This document shows, one piece after another, positions 1-8,938 of a stretch of DNA of 38,435 nt. How positions within the stretch are numbered: position 1 is the stretch's first letter; each line of letters starts with the position of its first letter. The translations under genes and the position numbers were made by a program. The DNA is from an uncultured bacterium (GTDB lineage: Bacteria; Zixibacteria; MSB-5A5; UBA10806): contig CBEUCH010000023.1 in NCBI GenBank assembly GCA_965541585.1, forward strand, positions 1 through 38,435, read 5' to 3'. A model generated the notes under the pieces. That model was given only the letters and a program-made list of their open reading frames with translations, was not told where the DNA came from and made no database searches.

Positions 1-1
1 T

Positions 2-166
2 AAGATATCCGGGCTGGTAGTGGAAAGGGAGGCGGCCTGTTCGCTCTATACGAACGTCAACCGGGGACTGATTTCCGATGATTTCACGAGGTTCGGAGTC
101 GAGGTTATGCTCTCCGGCGTTGCCCTTTCCCTGGCCGAGGATATTCTGAAGGATGATGAGAAATGA
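2..166 (+). CDS. 3' end of an unidentified gene truncated by the window start
   Basis: Open frame from position 2 (KISGLVVEREAACSLY...EDILKDDEK) to TGA at 164-166. No family recognised. Confidence 0.5.
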   Translation, partial: KISGLVVEREAACSLYTNVNRGLISDDFTRFGVEVMLSGVALSLAEDILKDDEK

Positions 167-314
167 TGCTGAAGTCTTTTTCGCCCGACCTGATAGTCAT
201 TGAGGATTTTTCAATACCGGCGTAATTCGGGCGTTGTTCCTCGGCTTAATGGACCTTCCCCGGCAGATGGTCTCGGCCAATTAGATTCGAATTCCAGCTT
301 TGAATGGTGAAGAT

Positions 315-1532
315 GTGAAAAGAGACAGGTTCATATTCTTCGATAATATAAATACGACATTTCCCGATTCGGAGGTAATCAAGGTCATAAATAAGATTTT
401 AGCCTCCCGACTCGGCAATCCATCATCTCATGTTCATTCGGCGGGTATCACGGCGGGCCGCATTATCGACGAAGCAAGGGAGAATGTATCGACCCTCATA
501 AATGCGCCATCCGGATCTATAATATTTACATCCGGCGCCACGGAATCAAACAATCTGGCCATCACCGGGTTCTTGAAAGCTAACCCCGGCTACCAGCTTG
601 CTGTCTCCGCCATAGAGCATTTCTCGATAATCAACCAGATTCGATTATTACAGAAAGCGGGGATACCGGCATTTCTGATAGACGTTGAAAAAAACGGATC
701 TATCGATCTGAATTCCTTAGAGGAGATCGTGCGAAAGAAACAGACGCTCGTATCGATCAGTTATGCCAATCCCGAGATAGGCACTATACAGGATTTAAAA
801 TCAATTTCCGAAATCTGCCGTCGGCATGAAGGGATTTTACATTGCGACAGCACGGCAGCCGCCGGTCTTCTGGAAATCGACGTTGCAGACATGGGTATCG
901 ATCTTTTAACGCTCTCTGCACATAATATGTATGGCCCCACAGGCGTCGGGGCTCTCTATGTGGGTAAGAAAATCAATATTTCGCCGCTGTTTGCAGGCGG
1001 CAACCAGGAGGATGGGAAAAGGCCGGGCACCGAGAATATCCCCGGCATAGCAGGCATGGGTGAAGCCTGCAGGATGGTCGGAGAGAATATCGGAAAGTGG
1101 CAAAAACATCTTTCCGAATCAGGCAGTAAACTCTGGCAGGGGCTTTCCGAATCGATTCCGTTTATTCATCTTACCGGCCATCCGGAGAAGAGGCTTCCCG
1201 GCCACGTGTCATTCTGGGTGGAACATGTGGAGGGCGAATCTCTGCTTTTGCATCTGAATATGAACGGCGTAATGGCATCGTCCGGCTCCGCCTGCAGTTC
1301 CAATTTGAAGGGTAAGGATGAAAGCGAGCTGGCGGCATCCCACGTTCTGACGGCCGTGGGAGTCCCGACCGATATCTGTGCCGGGTCGATTACTTTTTCG
1401 CTCGGGAAGTATAATACGAAAGAAGAAGTTGATTATGTCGTCTCTGTCATGCCGGGCATAGTGGATAAGCTTCTGGCTATGTCTCCGAGCTATGAGGATT
1501 ATAAGAAGGGCAAGGAGTCATTTCATGGATAA
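315..1532 (+). CDS. iscS: IscS/NifS-family cysteine desulfurase homologue with the PLP lysine replaced by Asn
   Basis: Motifs GNPSS, FTSGATESNN, IEH, RPGTEN and SSGSACSS (catalytic Cys kept). SAHNMYGPTGVG replaces SxHKxxGPxGxG. GTG at 315 preferred over TTG at 300. Confidence 0.9.
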   Translation: MKRDRFIFFDNINTTFPDSEVIKVINKILASRLGNPSSHVHSAGITAGRIIDEARENVSTLINAPSGSIIFTSGATESNNLAITGFLKANPGYQLAVSAIEHFSIINQIRLLQKAGIPAFLIDVEKNGSIDLNSLEEIVRKKQTLVSISYANPEIGTIQDLKSISEICRRHEGILHCDSTAAAGLLEIDVADMGIDLLTLSAHNMYGPTGVGALYVGKKINISPLFAGGNQEDGKRPGTENIPGIAGMGEACRMVGENIGKWQKHLSESGSKLWQGLSESIPFIHLTGHPEKRLPGHVSFWVEHVEGESLLLHLNMNGVMASSGSACSSNLKGKDESELAASHVLTAVGVPTDICAGSITFSLGKYNTKEEVDYVVSVMPGIVDKLLAMSPSYEDYKKGKESFHG

Positions 1533-1914
1533 GCCGTTTCCATATTCGGATCTTGTGATGGATCATTTTGCCAATCCCCGGAACATGGGGGAGATGGATA
1601 ATCCCTCGGGCGTCGGCAATGTCGGCAACCCCGTTTGCGGCGATATGATGCGTCTTTATCTGAAGATCGAAGACGACGTTATTGTCGATGCCAGGTTCAA
1701 AACCTTCGGATGCGGTGCGGCGATCGCATCGTCGTCGATTCTGACCGAAATGCTGAAGGGGAAAAAAATCGAAGATGCCCTGAAGATATCCAACGAGGCC
1801 GTGGCCGAGGCGCTGGGGGGATTGCCCCCGACCAAGATCCATTGCTCGGTTCTGGCGGAGGATGCCTTAAAGGCGGCCCTGGCCGATTTTAAGAAGCGTT
1901 CGGGCTCCGAATGA
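1525..1914 (+). CDS. iscU: Fe-S cluster scaffold IscU/NifU-N
   Basis: YSDLVMDHFANPRNMG, GNPVCGD, KTFGCGAAIAS, LPPTKIHCS. AAGGAG RBS before ATG 1525; overlaps the iscS end. Confidence 0.95.
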   Translation: MDKPFPYSDLVMDHFANPRNMGEMDNPSGVGNVGNPVCGDMMRLYLKIEDDVIVDARFKTFGCGAAIASSSILTEMLKGKKIEDALKISNEAVAEALGGLPPTKIHCSVLAEDALKAALADFKKRSGSE

Positions 1915-2011
1915 TAATTGAAAAGCCAAAGTGTTGAAAAACTGTCTGATCAAAAATATCTTGACAGACAATCTTTTTGAAATTAATAGCCTCAAAAATG
2001 AGGGAGGTAAT

Positions 2012-2356
2012 GTGAAGAAAGTCGTATTGATTGCGATCCTGGCGTTGGGCACGTTTATCGTGGGTTGCGATAAGCAAAAAGCCCTCGACAGCATCCTGGC
2101 CGATCCGCAGATGAAGAGCAATATCCTGCAGCAGATGCTGGCCGACGAAACAAGCCGCGCTGAGATGGCAGATTCCATCCTGGCCGATACGTTAATCACT
2201 TATGTTTATCTAAACGGCCTTGCAGAAGACCAAATTTCCAGAGGCGACTTGCTCGAACGAATCCTCGCTGTTGATTCTACAGGCGAATGGATCACCGCCA
2301 AACTTGCCGAAGATCCGGATTTAAAAAGGCAGATGAGAAAAGCGGCGAAACGATAG
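2012..2356 (+). CDS. Lipoprotein with six 14-residue helical repeats
   Basis: GGAGG RBS then GTG 2012. Signal peptide with lipobox IVGC. Periodic ILAD/LAED motifs. Confidence 0.75.
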   Translation: MKKVVLIAILALGTFIVGCDKQKALDSILADPQMKSNILQQMLADETSRAEMADSILADTLITYVYLNGLAEDQISRGDLLERILAVDSTGEWITAKLAEDPDLKRQMRKAAKR

Positions 2357-2381
2357 AAAACTAATTTATTGCCCGATATTG

Positions 2382-2415
2382 GCGGTCTGTTTCCCTATGG
2401 GAGGCGGACCGCTTT
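2382..2415. terminator. Hairpin between convergent genes, likely intrinsic terminator
   Basis: GCGGTCTGTTTCCC pairs with GGGAGGCGGACCGC (with G-U pairs), followed by TTT. Confidence 0.55.
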
Positions 2416-2416
2416 A

Positions 2417-2944
2417 TCATCTTGGGGATTTTTCGAACTCAAGTATAGAATAGGCCCATAAGAGCGCCGTAACTGCTATAAGACTCAAAAGAACCATCGG
2501 GGAATTAACGATAGCGGATATATGTTCGCTTAAGTTTATTTCAGGCAGTTCTACGGATTGCCAGAGCGAAGCAACCCCGCTCAGGAAAGATCCGGATTTT
2601 GTTGATGATATCAAGGCCGTAAATTCGCTCCACCTGCCGATTATTATAGCCGTCATTATGGCCAGCAATGAAACCGCGCCGGCTGGAAGATACTTTTCTA
2701 TCAACCGGCCGGGAGACAGTTTTTTCTCGTCGATTCTGATTTCTACCATCACCTCATCGGTGAGAGAAAATGGGACAGCTTTAGGTAATGTGGTCTGTAG
2801 AATATCCTCGAGTTCCGGCTCCAGTTCACACATGTTTCTGCAGATGCTGCAGCGCTCGAGATGCCCGGAGAAAGATTGCTCGCAGACGGGATCATCAGAT
2901 TCAGAGATCAGTATGCGACGGATGTCTTGGCAGCTATACGGCAT
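2417..2944 (-). CDS. Membrane-anchored zinc-binding (ZAS-type) anti-sigma factor
   Basis: N-terminal C...HLERCSIC (HxxxCxxC) and two hydrophobic segments. ATG 2944 overlaps the sigma factor end. Confidence 0.8.
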   Translation of the reverse strand: MPYSCQDIRRILISESDDPVCEQSFSGHLERCSICRNMCELEPELEDILQTTLPKAVPFSLTDEVMVEIRIDEKKLSPGRLIEKYLPAGAVSLLAIMTAIIIGRWSEFTALISSTKSGSFLSGVASLWQSVELPEINLSEHISAIVNSPMVLLSLIAVTALLWAYSILEFEKSPR

Positions 2945-3542
2945 ATTTGGCCCATAGTTTTTTAAGTTCACGTTTCGCCCGATACAGCCTTATTTTCACG
3001 GTCCCGATGGGGCAATCCATGACCTCGGCTATCTCCTCGTATCTTAAATCATCATAATAATGCAGGATGATCACCGACCTATGGTCAGGCTTTAGAAGCC
3101 CTATCAGCTTTTCCAGAGTCAAGCGCAACGATTGCCTGCCCCTGGTATCGAATGCCGGCTCCAAGGCCTGCTCGTTATCGATTCTTTTTTTCGCTTTCTC
3201 CCGATTCAAATGCGATATTGACGTGTTATAGGCGATCCTGTAAAGCCAGGTCTTAAAACTCGATTTTAGTTCGAATCGCCTGATACCACGATAGGCTCTC
3301 AGGAAAACTTCCTGAGCAACGTCTTTGGCCGTGTCCTCAGAATGAACCAGCCCCAGAATCAAGGCGAAAACAAAATCTTCATATTTCATGACAAGCTCGC
3401 CGAATGAGTCGGTATCTCCCTCTCGAACCGAGTTAATGATCTGCGTATCCGAATCCGATAATTGTCCCTTATCCCACGCTTTTGCCGAACGCTTGCTGAC
3501 AAATGGTCTGGCAATTGCGGATGTAATGGCATCGTATTTCAT
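2934..3542 (-). CDS. ECF RNA polymerase sigma factor (RpoE/SigW-like)
   Basis: Region 2: AKDVAQEVFLRAY...SSFKTWLYRIAYN. Region 4: LRYEEIAEVMDCPIGTVKIRLYRAK. Confidence 0.95.
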   Translation of the reverse strand: MKYDAITSAIARPFVSKRSAKAWDKGQLSDSDTQIINSVREGDTDSFGELVMKYEDFVFALILGLVHSEDTAKDVAQEVFLRAYRGIRRFELKSSFKTWLYRIAYNTSISHLNREKAKKRIDNEQALEPAFDTRGRQSLRLTLEKLIGLLKPDHRSVIILHYYDDLRYEEIAEVMDCPIGTVKIRLYRAKRELKKLWAKYAV

Positions 3543-3551
3543 CTCTGTACC

Positions 3552-3581
3552 TTCGACTCGATATACGAAAGAATTGTTTCA
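3552..3581 (-). promoter_or_regulatory. ECF-type promoter for the sigma/anti-sigma operon
   Basis: Minus strand TGAAAC-N18-GTCGAA, ending 9 nt before the ATG. Confidence 0.65.
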
Positions 3582-3596
3582 TTAGATTCAAATTTC

Positions 3597-3626
3597 TGAA
3601 ACAATATTCTGAACTCTCCGGTCTAA
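3597..3626 (+). promoter_or_regulatory. ECF-type promoter for the divergent membrane protein gene
   Basis: TGAAAC-N18-GTCTAA, same motif and spacing as the minus-strand copy. Confidence 0.65.
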
Positions 3627-3650
3627 GTGGCAGCAGAAAAGGAGGTTTTT

Positions 3651-4031
3651 ATGTGGCACACCGATCCAAATTTCAACGTCGTCTTGCTTGTGGGCTTATC
3701 ACTTACATTTCTAATTGCAATTCCGGTTTTGATCGGATCTTGGATTTATCGTAACGCTCAGAAGAGGAGAGAAGCAGAGCTAATACGCCTGGCTATCGAG
3801 AAAGGCCATCCGGTGCCAAATTTCCCTGCTGCGTCGGTAACTAAATTTGGCACTCTGAAGGCAGCTCTCGTCTGGATGGCAGTAGGCATCGGGCTAATCC
3901 TGATGGTGGTCATGGAAGATGTTTTCGGCTGGAGCGGAGTGGCGGTCGGCCTTATCCCTCTCTTTGTGGGTCTGGCCCTGCTGATTGGCTGGAATATCGA
4001 GAAAAAGGATTCTGAGAGAGCTACCGGCTAG
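3651..4031 (+). CDS. Small membrane protein (DUF6249-like, typically ECF-associated)
   Basis: AGGAGG RBS then ATG 3651. TM helix, then LIRLAIEKG, then LKAALVWMAVGIGL...GLIPLFVGLALLI. Confidence 0.75.
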   Translation: MWHTDPNFNVVLLVGLSLTFLIAIPVLIGSWIYRNAQKRREAELIRLAIEKGHPVPNFPAASVTKFGTLKAALVWMAVGIGLILMVVMEDVFGWSGVAVGLIPLFVGLALLIGWNIEKKDSERATG

Positions 4032-4065
4032 GATTTATGCATCGGCCGTAACCGGCATGAGGATA

Positions 4066-5415
4066 TCAGATCTGAAGCTTGTTATTCTCCCATCTGGAGA
4101 ACTTAAACCAGATCAGAATGGCTATCCCCTTGAGAACAGTTGAAAAGGTGATAGCCCAGAAGATGCCCTCAGGGCCCATGCCAAGCGGAATTGCGAGATA
4201 ATATGCCAGTGGAATCCGGATAAGAGTACCGGGAATTGAGACGATTGTGGGGGGCAGGGTGTTGCCGGCGCCGCTGAAGGCGCCCTCGAAGACGAATTCA
4301 AAACCCATGAAAACCTGGGATAGAGCCAGTATCCTCAGATAACTTGTGCCGATCTCGATTACCGTGGCATCTTCGGTGAAAATCGAGGCCAGTTCTCTGG
4401 GGAATATGAAAAAGATGAGCCCGAAAGCGAATGTGGCAATCGACGTGAAACCAATGGTTCCCCATACCGACCTGGTTGCCCGCTCCGGTTTATTGGCCCC
4501 CAGGTTTTGTCCCACCATTGCGGATACCGCCATATAGAATCCGAAACAGGTCATATATGAAATTGACTCGGCCCTGTTGCCGACAGGTATTGAGGCGACC
4601 GCGGCGGTGCCGAATTCAGCCATTATCCTGGTCATAACCAGATAGACCAGCGTGAAATTAATATTCGCCGTGGCGATCGGCAGGCCTATCTTAAACATCC
4701 TGCCCACCACCTTGAAATCGACGGGCAGAATTTTGCTGGGGATGATTTTAAACGGTATTTTACCTCTTTTTACGAAATACAGAGCAAACAGTCCTCCAAC
4801 GGTGTGAGCGATAGCGGTTGCCAGTGCGGCGCCCACCGTCTCCAACCGGGGAAAAATCCAGAGGCCATAGATCAAGAAGATATCGAGCACAATATTCAGC
4901 CCGACTGCAATTATCATGATGATCATAGGTGTCCTGGTGTCTCCCACCGACCGGAATATGGACGATATTACCTCAGCCAGAAATAGAGGAGGAACTGCCA
5001 TAAAGACGATCATCAAGTAGACCGAGCCCATTTTTTCCACGTCGGGAGCCAGATTAAGTAATCTCAATACATCGTCTGAGAATGCAATGCCACAAGCCGC
5101 CAGCAGTATCGAAAAGAATATAGCGAAACTGAAGATTTGCTGGGAACGTTCGGATGCTTTTTTGAGATCGCCGGCGCCATAATCGCGGGAGATGATGGCC
5201 ACCGCTCCCACGGAGAATATGTCCATGAGCGAAAAAATGATCCAGATTACGAAACCGGCCGATCCCACGGCAGCGAGCTCCGAATCGCCGAGGTGGCCCA
5301 CCAGCGCAGTATCGATAAAATTATTTGCCACAATAGCAAACATGGAAAGCACAGCCGGGATCGCGAGTGCGATTATATGCTTTGGTATTGAGCCTTGTGT
5401 AAGATCGCGAGCCAT
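4066..5415 (-). CDS. MATE-family efflux transporter
   Basis: DLTQGSIPKHIIALAIP, DTALVGHLG, FRSVGDTRTPM, VGQNLGA, about 12 TM segments. Confidence 0.93.
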   Translation of the reverse strand: MARDLTQGSIPKHIIALAIPAVLSMFAIVANNFIDTALVGHLGDSELAAVGSAGFVIWIIFSLMDIFSVGAVAIISRDYGAGDLKKASERSQQIFSFAIFFSILLAACGIAFSDDVLRLLNLAPDVEKMGSVYLMIVFMAVPPLFLAEVISSIFRSVGDTRTPMIIMIIAVGLNIVLDIFLIYGLWIFPRLETVGAALATAIAHTVGGLFALYFVKRGKIPFKIIPSKILPVDFKVVGRMFKIGLPIATANINFTLVYLVMTRIMAEFGTAAVASIPVGNRAESISYMTCFGFYMAVSAMVGQNLGANKPERATRSVWGTIGFTSIATFAFGLIFFIFPRELASIFTEDATVIEIGTSYLRILALSQVFMGFEFVFEGAFSGAGNTLPPTIVSIPGTLIRIPLAYYLAIPLGMGPEGIFWAITFSTVLKGIAILIWFKFSRWENNKLQI

Positions 5416-5472
5416 GGTTTTCAAAACGCCCCGATCACCGATCGGAGCCTGCAGATCATAGAATTCAGACGG

Positions 5473-6027
5473 TTATCTTCTCATAAGAATCAGGTTTCGC
5501 ACAATCAGTGAGAGCGGCGCCGTAGCAGCCCCGATATAGAACGGCTGAAATTTCATAAGCGCAACCAGTGCCAGAATTATAAACAGGGTAAATAGTTGAA
5601 TTGCCGATTGGCCGAGTGAAAACCCCTTTTTTAATGCGATCTTACCTGATAGGTTATGAGGGCGGCCTTTTATGAGGAGGCCGATCATCAACGATTCTAT
5701 ATGACGTAAATTTATAATTAGAAAAAGCGAGAGCGAAAATCCCAGAACCGCCCTGTACAGATTCACCGGGCCCGGCGAACCCGCGGTTACGGCTGCGGCC
5801 CAGATCAGCAGGAGCAAAAAGGCTGGAGAGATCTTGAGCAAAATGTAAGCGAAATATGCTGTGGCGCCGCCCGGTCCGGGAACTCGGCGCGATTCATATT
5901 CGAAAAATTCCGCCCGGTACCTGATATTGAACCTTCCGACAAACCGCCCCAGTATCAGATCGGACAGGCTCAGCAAGATTAAGATAATAAAGGCTAATCG
6001 TGGGTCATTTAAAACGGCGTCTTCCAT
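5473..6027 (-). CDS. Hypothetical multi-pass membrane protein
   Basis: 184-aa ORF with several hydrophobic helices, in operon position between rnhB and the MATE gene. Confidence 0.7.
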   Translation of the reverse strand: MEDAVLNDPRLAFIILILLSLSDLILGRFVGRFNIRYRAEFFEYESRRVPGPGGATAYFAYILLKISPAFLLLLIWAAAVTAGSPGPVNLYRAVLGFSLSLFLIINLRHIESLMIGLLIKGRPHNLSGKIALKKGFSLGQSAIQLFTLFIILALVALMKFQPFYIGAATAPLSLIVRNLILMRR

Positions 6028-6036
6028 TCCCCGGTC

Positions 6037-6651
6037 CTAATCGCTGAAGAATTTCGAAACCGGCCGAAAGCTCTTGCGGTGAACAGGGCAAGGCCCGAGT
6101 TTGCTCAGATGATAAATATGCTCCCTGGTGGGATATCCCTTATGTTTTCCAAACCCGTATCCGGGATATTCTCTGTCCAGCCCGGCCATAATCTCGTCTC
6201 TATAGGTTTTTGCCAGAATAGACGCAGCCGAGATGACGGTCTCCGATTCATCGCCATTGACAATAGCTCTCTGCCGGATTCCCAGATCCGGTATCTCGAA
6301 TCTACCGTCGACAAGAATAATATCCGGAAAGACGGGCAGGTTTTCAATCGCCTTCTTCATAGCCAGGAGCGATGCCTGAAGTATGTTAATCCGGTCGACT
6401 ACGTCGGGATCCACTATTCCAATACCCCATGGGGACATCGATTTAATAATTCTATTTTTCTGCATTTCCCTCTTAGCGGGAGACAACAATTTCGAATCGC
6501 GAATTCCTGCGGTGTCGAAACCGTCCGCCAGGATGACGGCCGCTGCCACGACGGGCCCTGCAAGTGGCCCGCGGCCCGCCTCATCCACGCCGCAAACTAA
6601 AGGCCCGGCGAAATCACCGAGCCCGAAATCTTCCCCTCCGATAACTATCAA
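6037..6651 (-). CDS. rnhB: Ribonuclease HII
   Basis: [34 protein letters not shown]. Confidence 0.97.
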   Translation of the reverse strand: MIVIGGEDFGLGDFAGPLVCGVDEAGRGPLAGPVVAAAVILADGFDTAGIRDSKLLSPAKREMQKNRIIKSMSPWGIGIVDPDVVDRINILQASLLAMKKAIENLPVFPDIILVDGRFEIPDLGIRQRAIVNGDESETVISAASILAKTYRDEIMAGLDREYPGYGFGKHKGYPTREHIYHLSKLGPCPVHRKSFRPVSKFFSD

Positions 6652-6995
6652 GATTCCTTTTTTTCTGTAATCCTCGCCTTCTTGCCCTTGAGACCTCTAA
6701 GATAGTAGAGCTTCGAACGACGCACCTTACCGCGTTTCATCACCTGAATCTTAGAGACATTCGGGGAATGCAACGGGAAAACTCGCTCCACTCCTATGCC
6801 GGCGGATACCTTCCTGACAGTGAAGGATTCCGATATACCGCCGCCCTTGCGTGAGATGACCGTTCCCTGGAATACCTGTATCCTCTCTTTGTCCCCTTCG
6901 ACGATTTTGACGTGGACTCTGATCGTATCTCCCGGGTTGAAGCCGGGTATTTTTTCCTTTAGCTGCTTTGCTTCCAGCGACTTTAGCACAGACAT
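6648..6995 (-). CDS. rplS: 50S ribosomal protein L19
   Basis: [46 protein letters not shown]. Confidence 0.98.
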   Translation of the reverse strand: MSVLKSLEAKQLKEKIPGFNPGDTIRVHVKIVEGDKERIQVFQGTVISRKGGGISESFTVRKVSAGIGVERVFPLHSPNVSKIQVMKRGKVRRSKLYYLRGLKGKKARITEKKES

Positions 6996-7741
6996 TATTC
7001 CGTCTCCATCCTTTTAAGATCTGTTTCGTATTCGTTTAAGATATTATTTTCATCTTTTGTCAACTTTTTTCTTTCGAAAAGATCGGGCCTTCTTCGCCTG
7101 GTTCGAAACAGGGCGTTACCCAGCCGCCAGCGACGGATTTTCTCGTGGTGGCCCGAGATGAGCACTTCCGGTACGCTCACTCCCTCATATGCCTCCGGGC
7201 GCGTAAACTCCTCGGGGCCGAGAATTCCCGAAAAATGTGAGTCCTCAAATGCCGAGTCGAAATCCTTCAAGGTACCGGGTAGGAGTCTGAGGACAGCATC
7301 GGCTATGACCACCGCCGCATATTCGCCGCCGGTCAGGATAAAATCGCCTATGGAGATCTCGCGAAGGTTTGCCAGCTGAACAACCCGCTGATCCACACCT
7401 TTATAATGACCGCAGAGAATTATCATCCGCTCTCTTCCGGAAAAATCAGCGGCCAATTTCTGATCGAAGACCTCACCGGCAGCAGAGGTTATAATTCTCA
7501 GGGCCTCGCTATCAGGATCGATTTTCCTGAGCGCCTCCATGATAGGTTCGGGTTTCATGACCATGCCGGGTCCGCCTCCATAGGGAACATCATCGACCAC
7601 CCGGTGTTTATCATCGGTAAATTCGCGTAAATCGTGGACAAGAATCTCAAAGAGCCCTTTTTCCCGCCCTCTGCCGATCAAGCTCAGAGAGAGGGGACCC
7701 TCTACCATCTCCGGGAATATCGTTATTATATCGATACGCAT
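6995..7741 (-). CDS. trmD: tRNA (guanine-37-N1)-methyltransferase
   Basis: [47 protein letters not shown]. Start corrected to ATG 7741. Confidence 0.97.
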   Translation of the reverse strand: MRIDIITIFPEMVEGPLSLSLIGRGREKGLFEILVHDLREFTDDKHRVVDDVPYGGGPGMVMKPEPIMEALRKIDPDSEALRIITSAAGEVFDQKLAADFSGRERMIILCGHYKGVDQRVVQLANLREISIGDFILTGGEYAAVVIADAVLRLLPGTLKDFDSAFEDSHFSGILGPEEFTRPEAYEGVSVPEVLISGHHEKIRRWRLGNALFRTRRRRPDLFERKKLTKDENNILNEYETDLKRMETE

Positions 7742-7745
7742 TCGG

Positions 7746-8243
7746 CTAATATAATCCACTGATATTTCTGACCACGATCCGCTTATTCTCGGTATCAACG
7801 GTCTTCACGATAGCCTTCACAAACGGTATCATCTTTTCACCTTCGTCTGTTTTCACTATAAGGAGATCGTTCCCGGGCGCGTTACTAATATCTGTTACTG
7901 TCCCGATAAACTCTCCCTCTTCATCATAAACCTCAGCGCCCTCGATCTCAAAGTGATAATATTGATGTTCGCCAAGCGGTTCCAGTTCATCCTTTTCGAC
8001 CAGTATCTCACTTTTGCTCCATTCTGATGCCGTTTCTTCATCGTCTATCCCCGAAAGCTTCAGCCCGATCCTGTTTTTCAGCGGCTTGACATATTCAACT
8101 ACGCATTTCCGCGATTTTTCCTCTTTCTGGAGTATGACTTCCAGACCGGGTCGCAAGCTCTCCGAGGACGGGCGGTAAAGGAAGGCCGCCAACTCTCCTT
8201 TGTATCCACGTGGCCTTTTGATATAAGCCACTGAAACCTTCAT
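7746..8243 (-). CDS. rimM: 16S rRNA processing protein RimM
   Basis: PRGYKGEL, YYHFEIEG, GNDLLIV, MIPFV; canonical position between khpA and trmD. Confidence 0.93.
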   Translation of the reverse strand: MKVSVAYIKRPRGYKGELAAFLYRPSSESLRPGLEVILQKEEKSRKCVVEYVKPLKNRIGLKLSGIDDEETASEWSKSEILVEKDELEPLGEHQYYHFEIEGAEVYDEEGEFIGTVTDISNAPGNDLLIVKTDEGEKMIPFVKAIVKTVDTENKRIVVRNISGLY

Positions 8244-8284
8244 CGTAAAACCGGCGGCCTGAATTTCCCTGCAGGGTCCTGCGG

Positions 8285-8515
8285 CTATTCCAGGATTTCC
8301 AGAAGAGCCCGTTTCCCTTTCTTAGCTGAAATCGCGGCGATCAGGGTCCGTATGGCTTTGGCCGTCTGGCCCTTTCTTCCGATGACTTTTCCAAGGTCGT
8401 CAGGGTATACTCGAAGTTCGTAGACTGTTGTCTTTTCTCCTTCAACCTCAGTGATATTAACCGAGTCTGGATGATCGACCAGTGCTCTGGCAATGGATTC
8501 GATGAACTCCTTCAC
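8285..8515 (-). CDS. khpA: KH-domain RNA-binding protein KhpA
   Basis: [26 protein letters not shown]. Confidence 0.93.
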   Translation of the reverse strand: MKEFIESIARALVDHPDSVNITEVEGEKTTVYELRVYPDDLGKVIGRKGQTAKAIRTLIAAISAKKGKRALLEILE

Positions 8516-8563
8516 GATATCCTCCTTATTTGTAGTGGAATAAGAGGTTCATTCCGCGTCGTG

Positions 8564-8908
8564 CTATTCGGATTTCTTAGCTTTTTTCTTTTTCGTCCTC
8601 TCAGTGATGTCGGTTTTCAATTGGATCTCGGATATATCTTCTCCCTTTTTCTTTTTCGACCACTTCTCCAGAAGCCCAACCTCTTTAAAAAGGGAGGCTA
8701 CCGTATCGGATGGTTTTGCGCCCTTCTCCAGCCAGAGAAAAATCTTATCTTCGTCTAGTTTAACCTTGGCTGGTTTTTCTATGGGGTGGTAATAACCCAG
8801 AACCTCAATGAAACGGCCGTCGCGCGGCATCCGCGAATCGGTAGCGATAACTCTGTAATAAGGGCGTTTTTTTGCGCCCATCCGGCGTAACCTGATTGAA
8901 ACTGCCAC
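8564..8908 (-). CDS. rpsP: 30S ribosomal protein S16
   Basis: [43 protein letters not shown]. Confidence 0.98.
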   Translation of the reverse strand: MAVSIRLRRMGAKKRPYYRVIATDSRMPRDGRFIEVLGYYHPIEKPAKVKLDEDKIFLWLEKGAKPSDTVASLFKEVGLLEKWSKKKKGEDISEIQLKTDITERTKKKKAKKSE

Positions 8909-8938
8909 GAATCCTCCTGCTAATCTCTATCTCAAGAA

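Noticed and set aside
187..226. TPP riboswitch suggested by ACCTGAT...AATACCGGCGTA
   Set aside because: No upstream CTGAGA element, the P5 pairing and AGGGA end are missing, and the downstream gene is not thiamine-specific.
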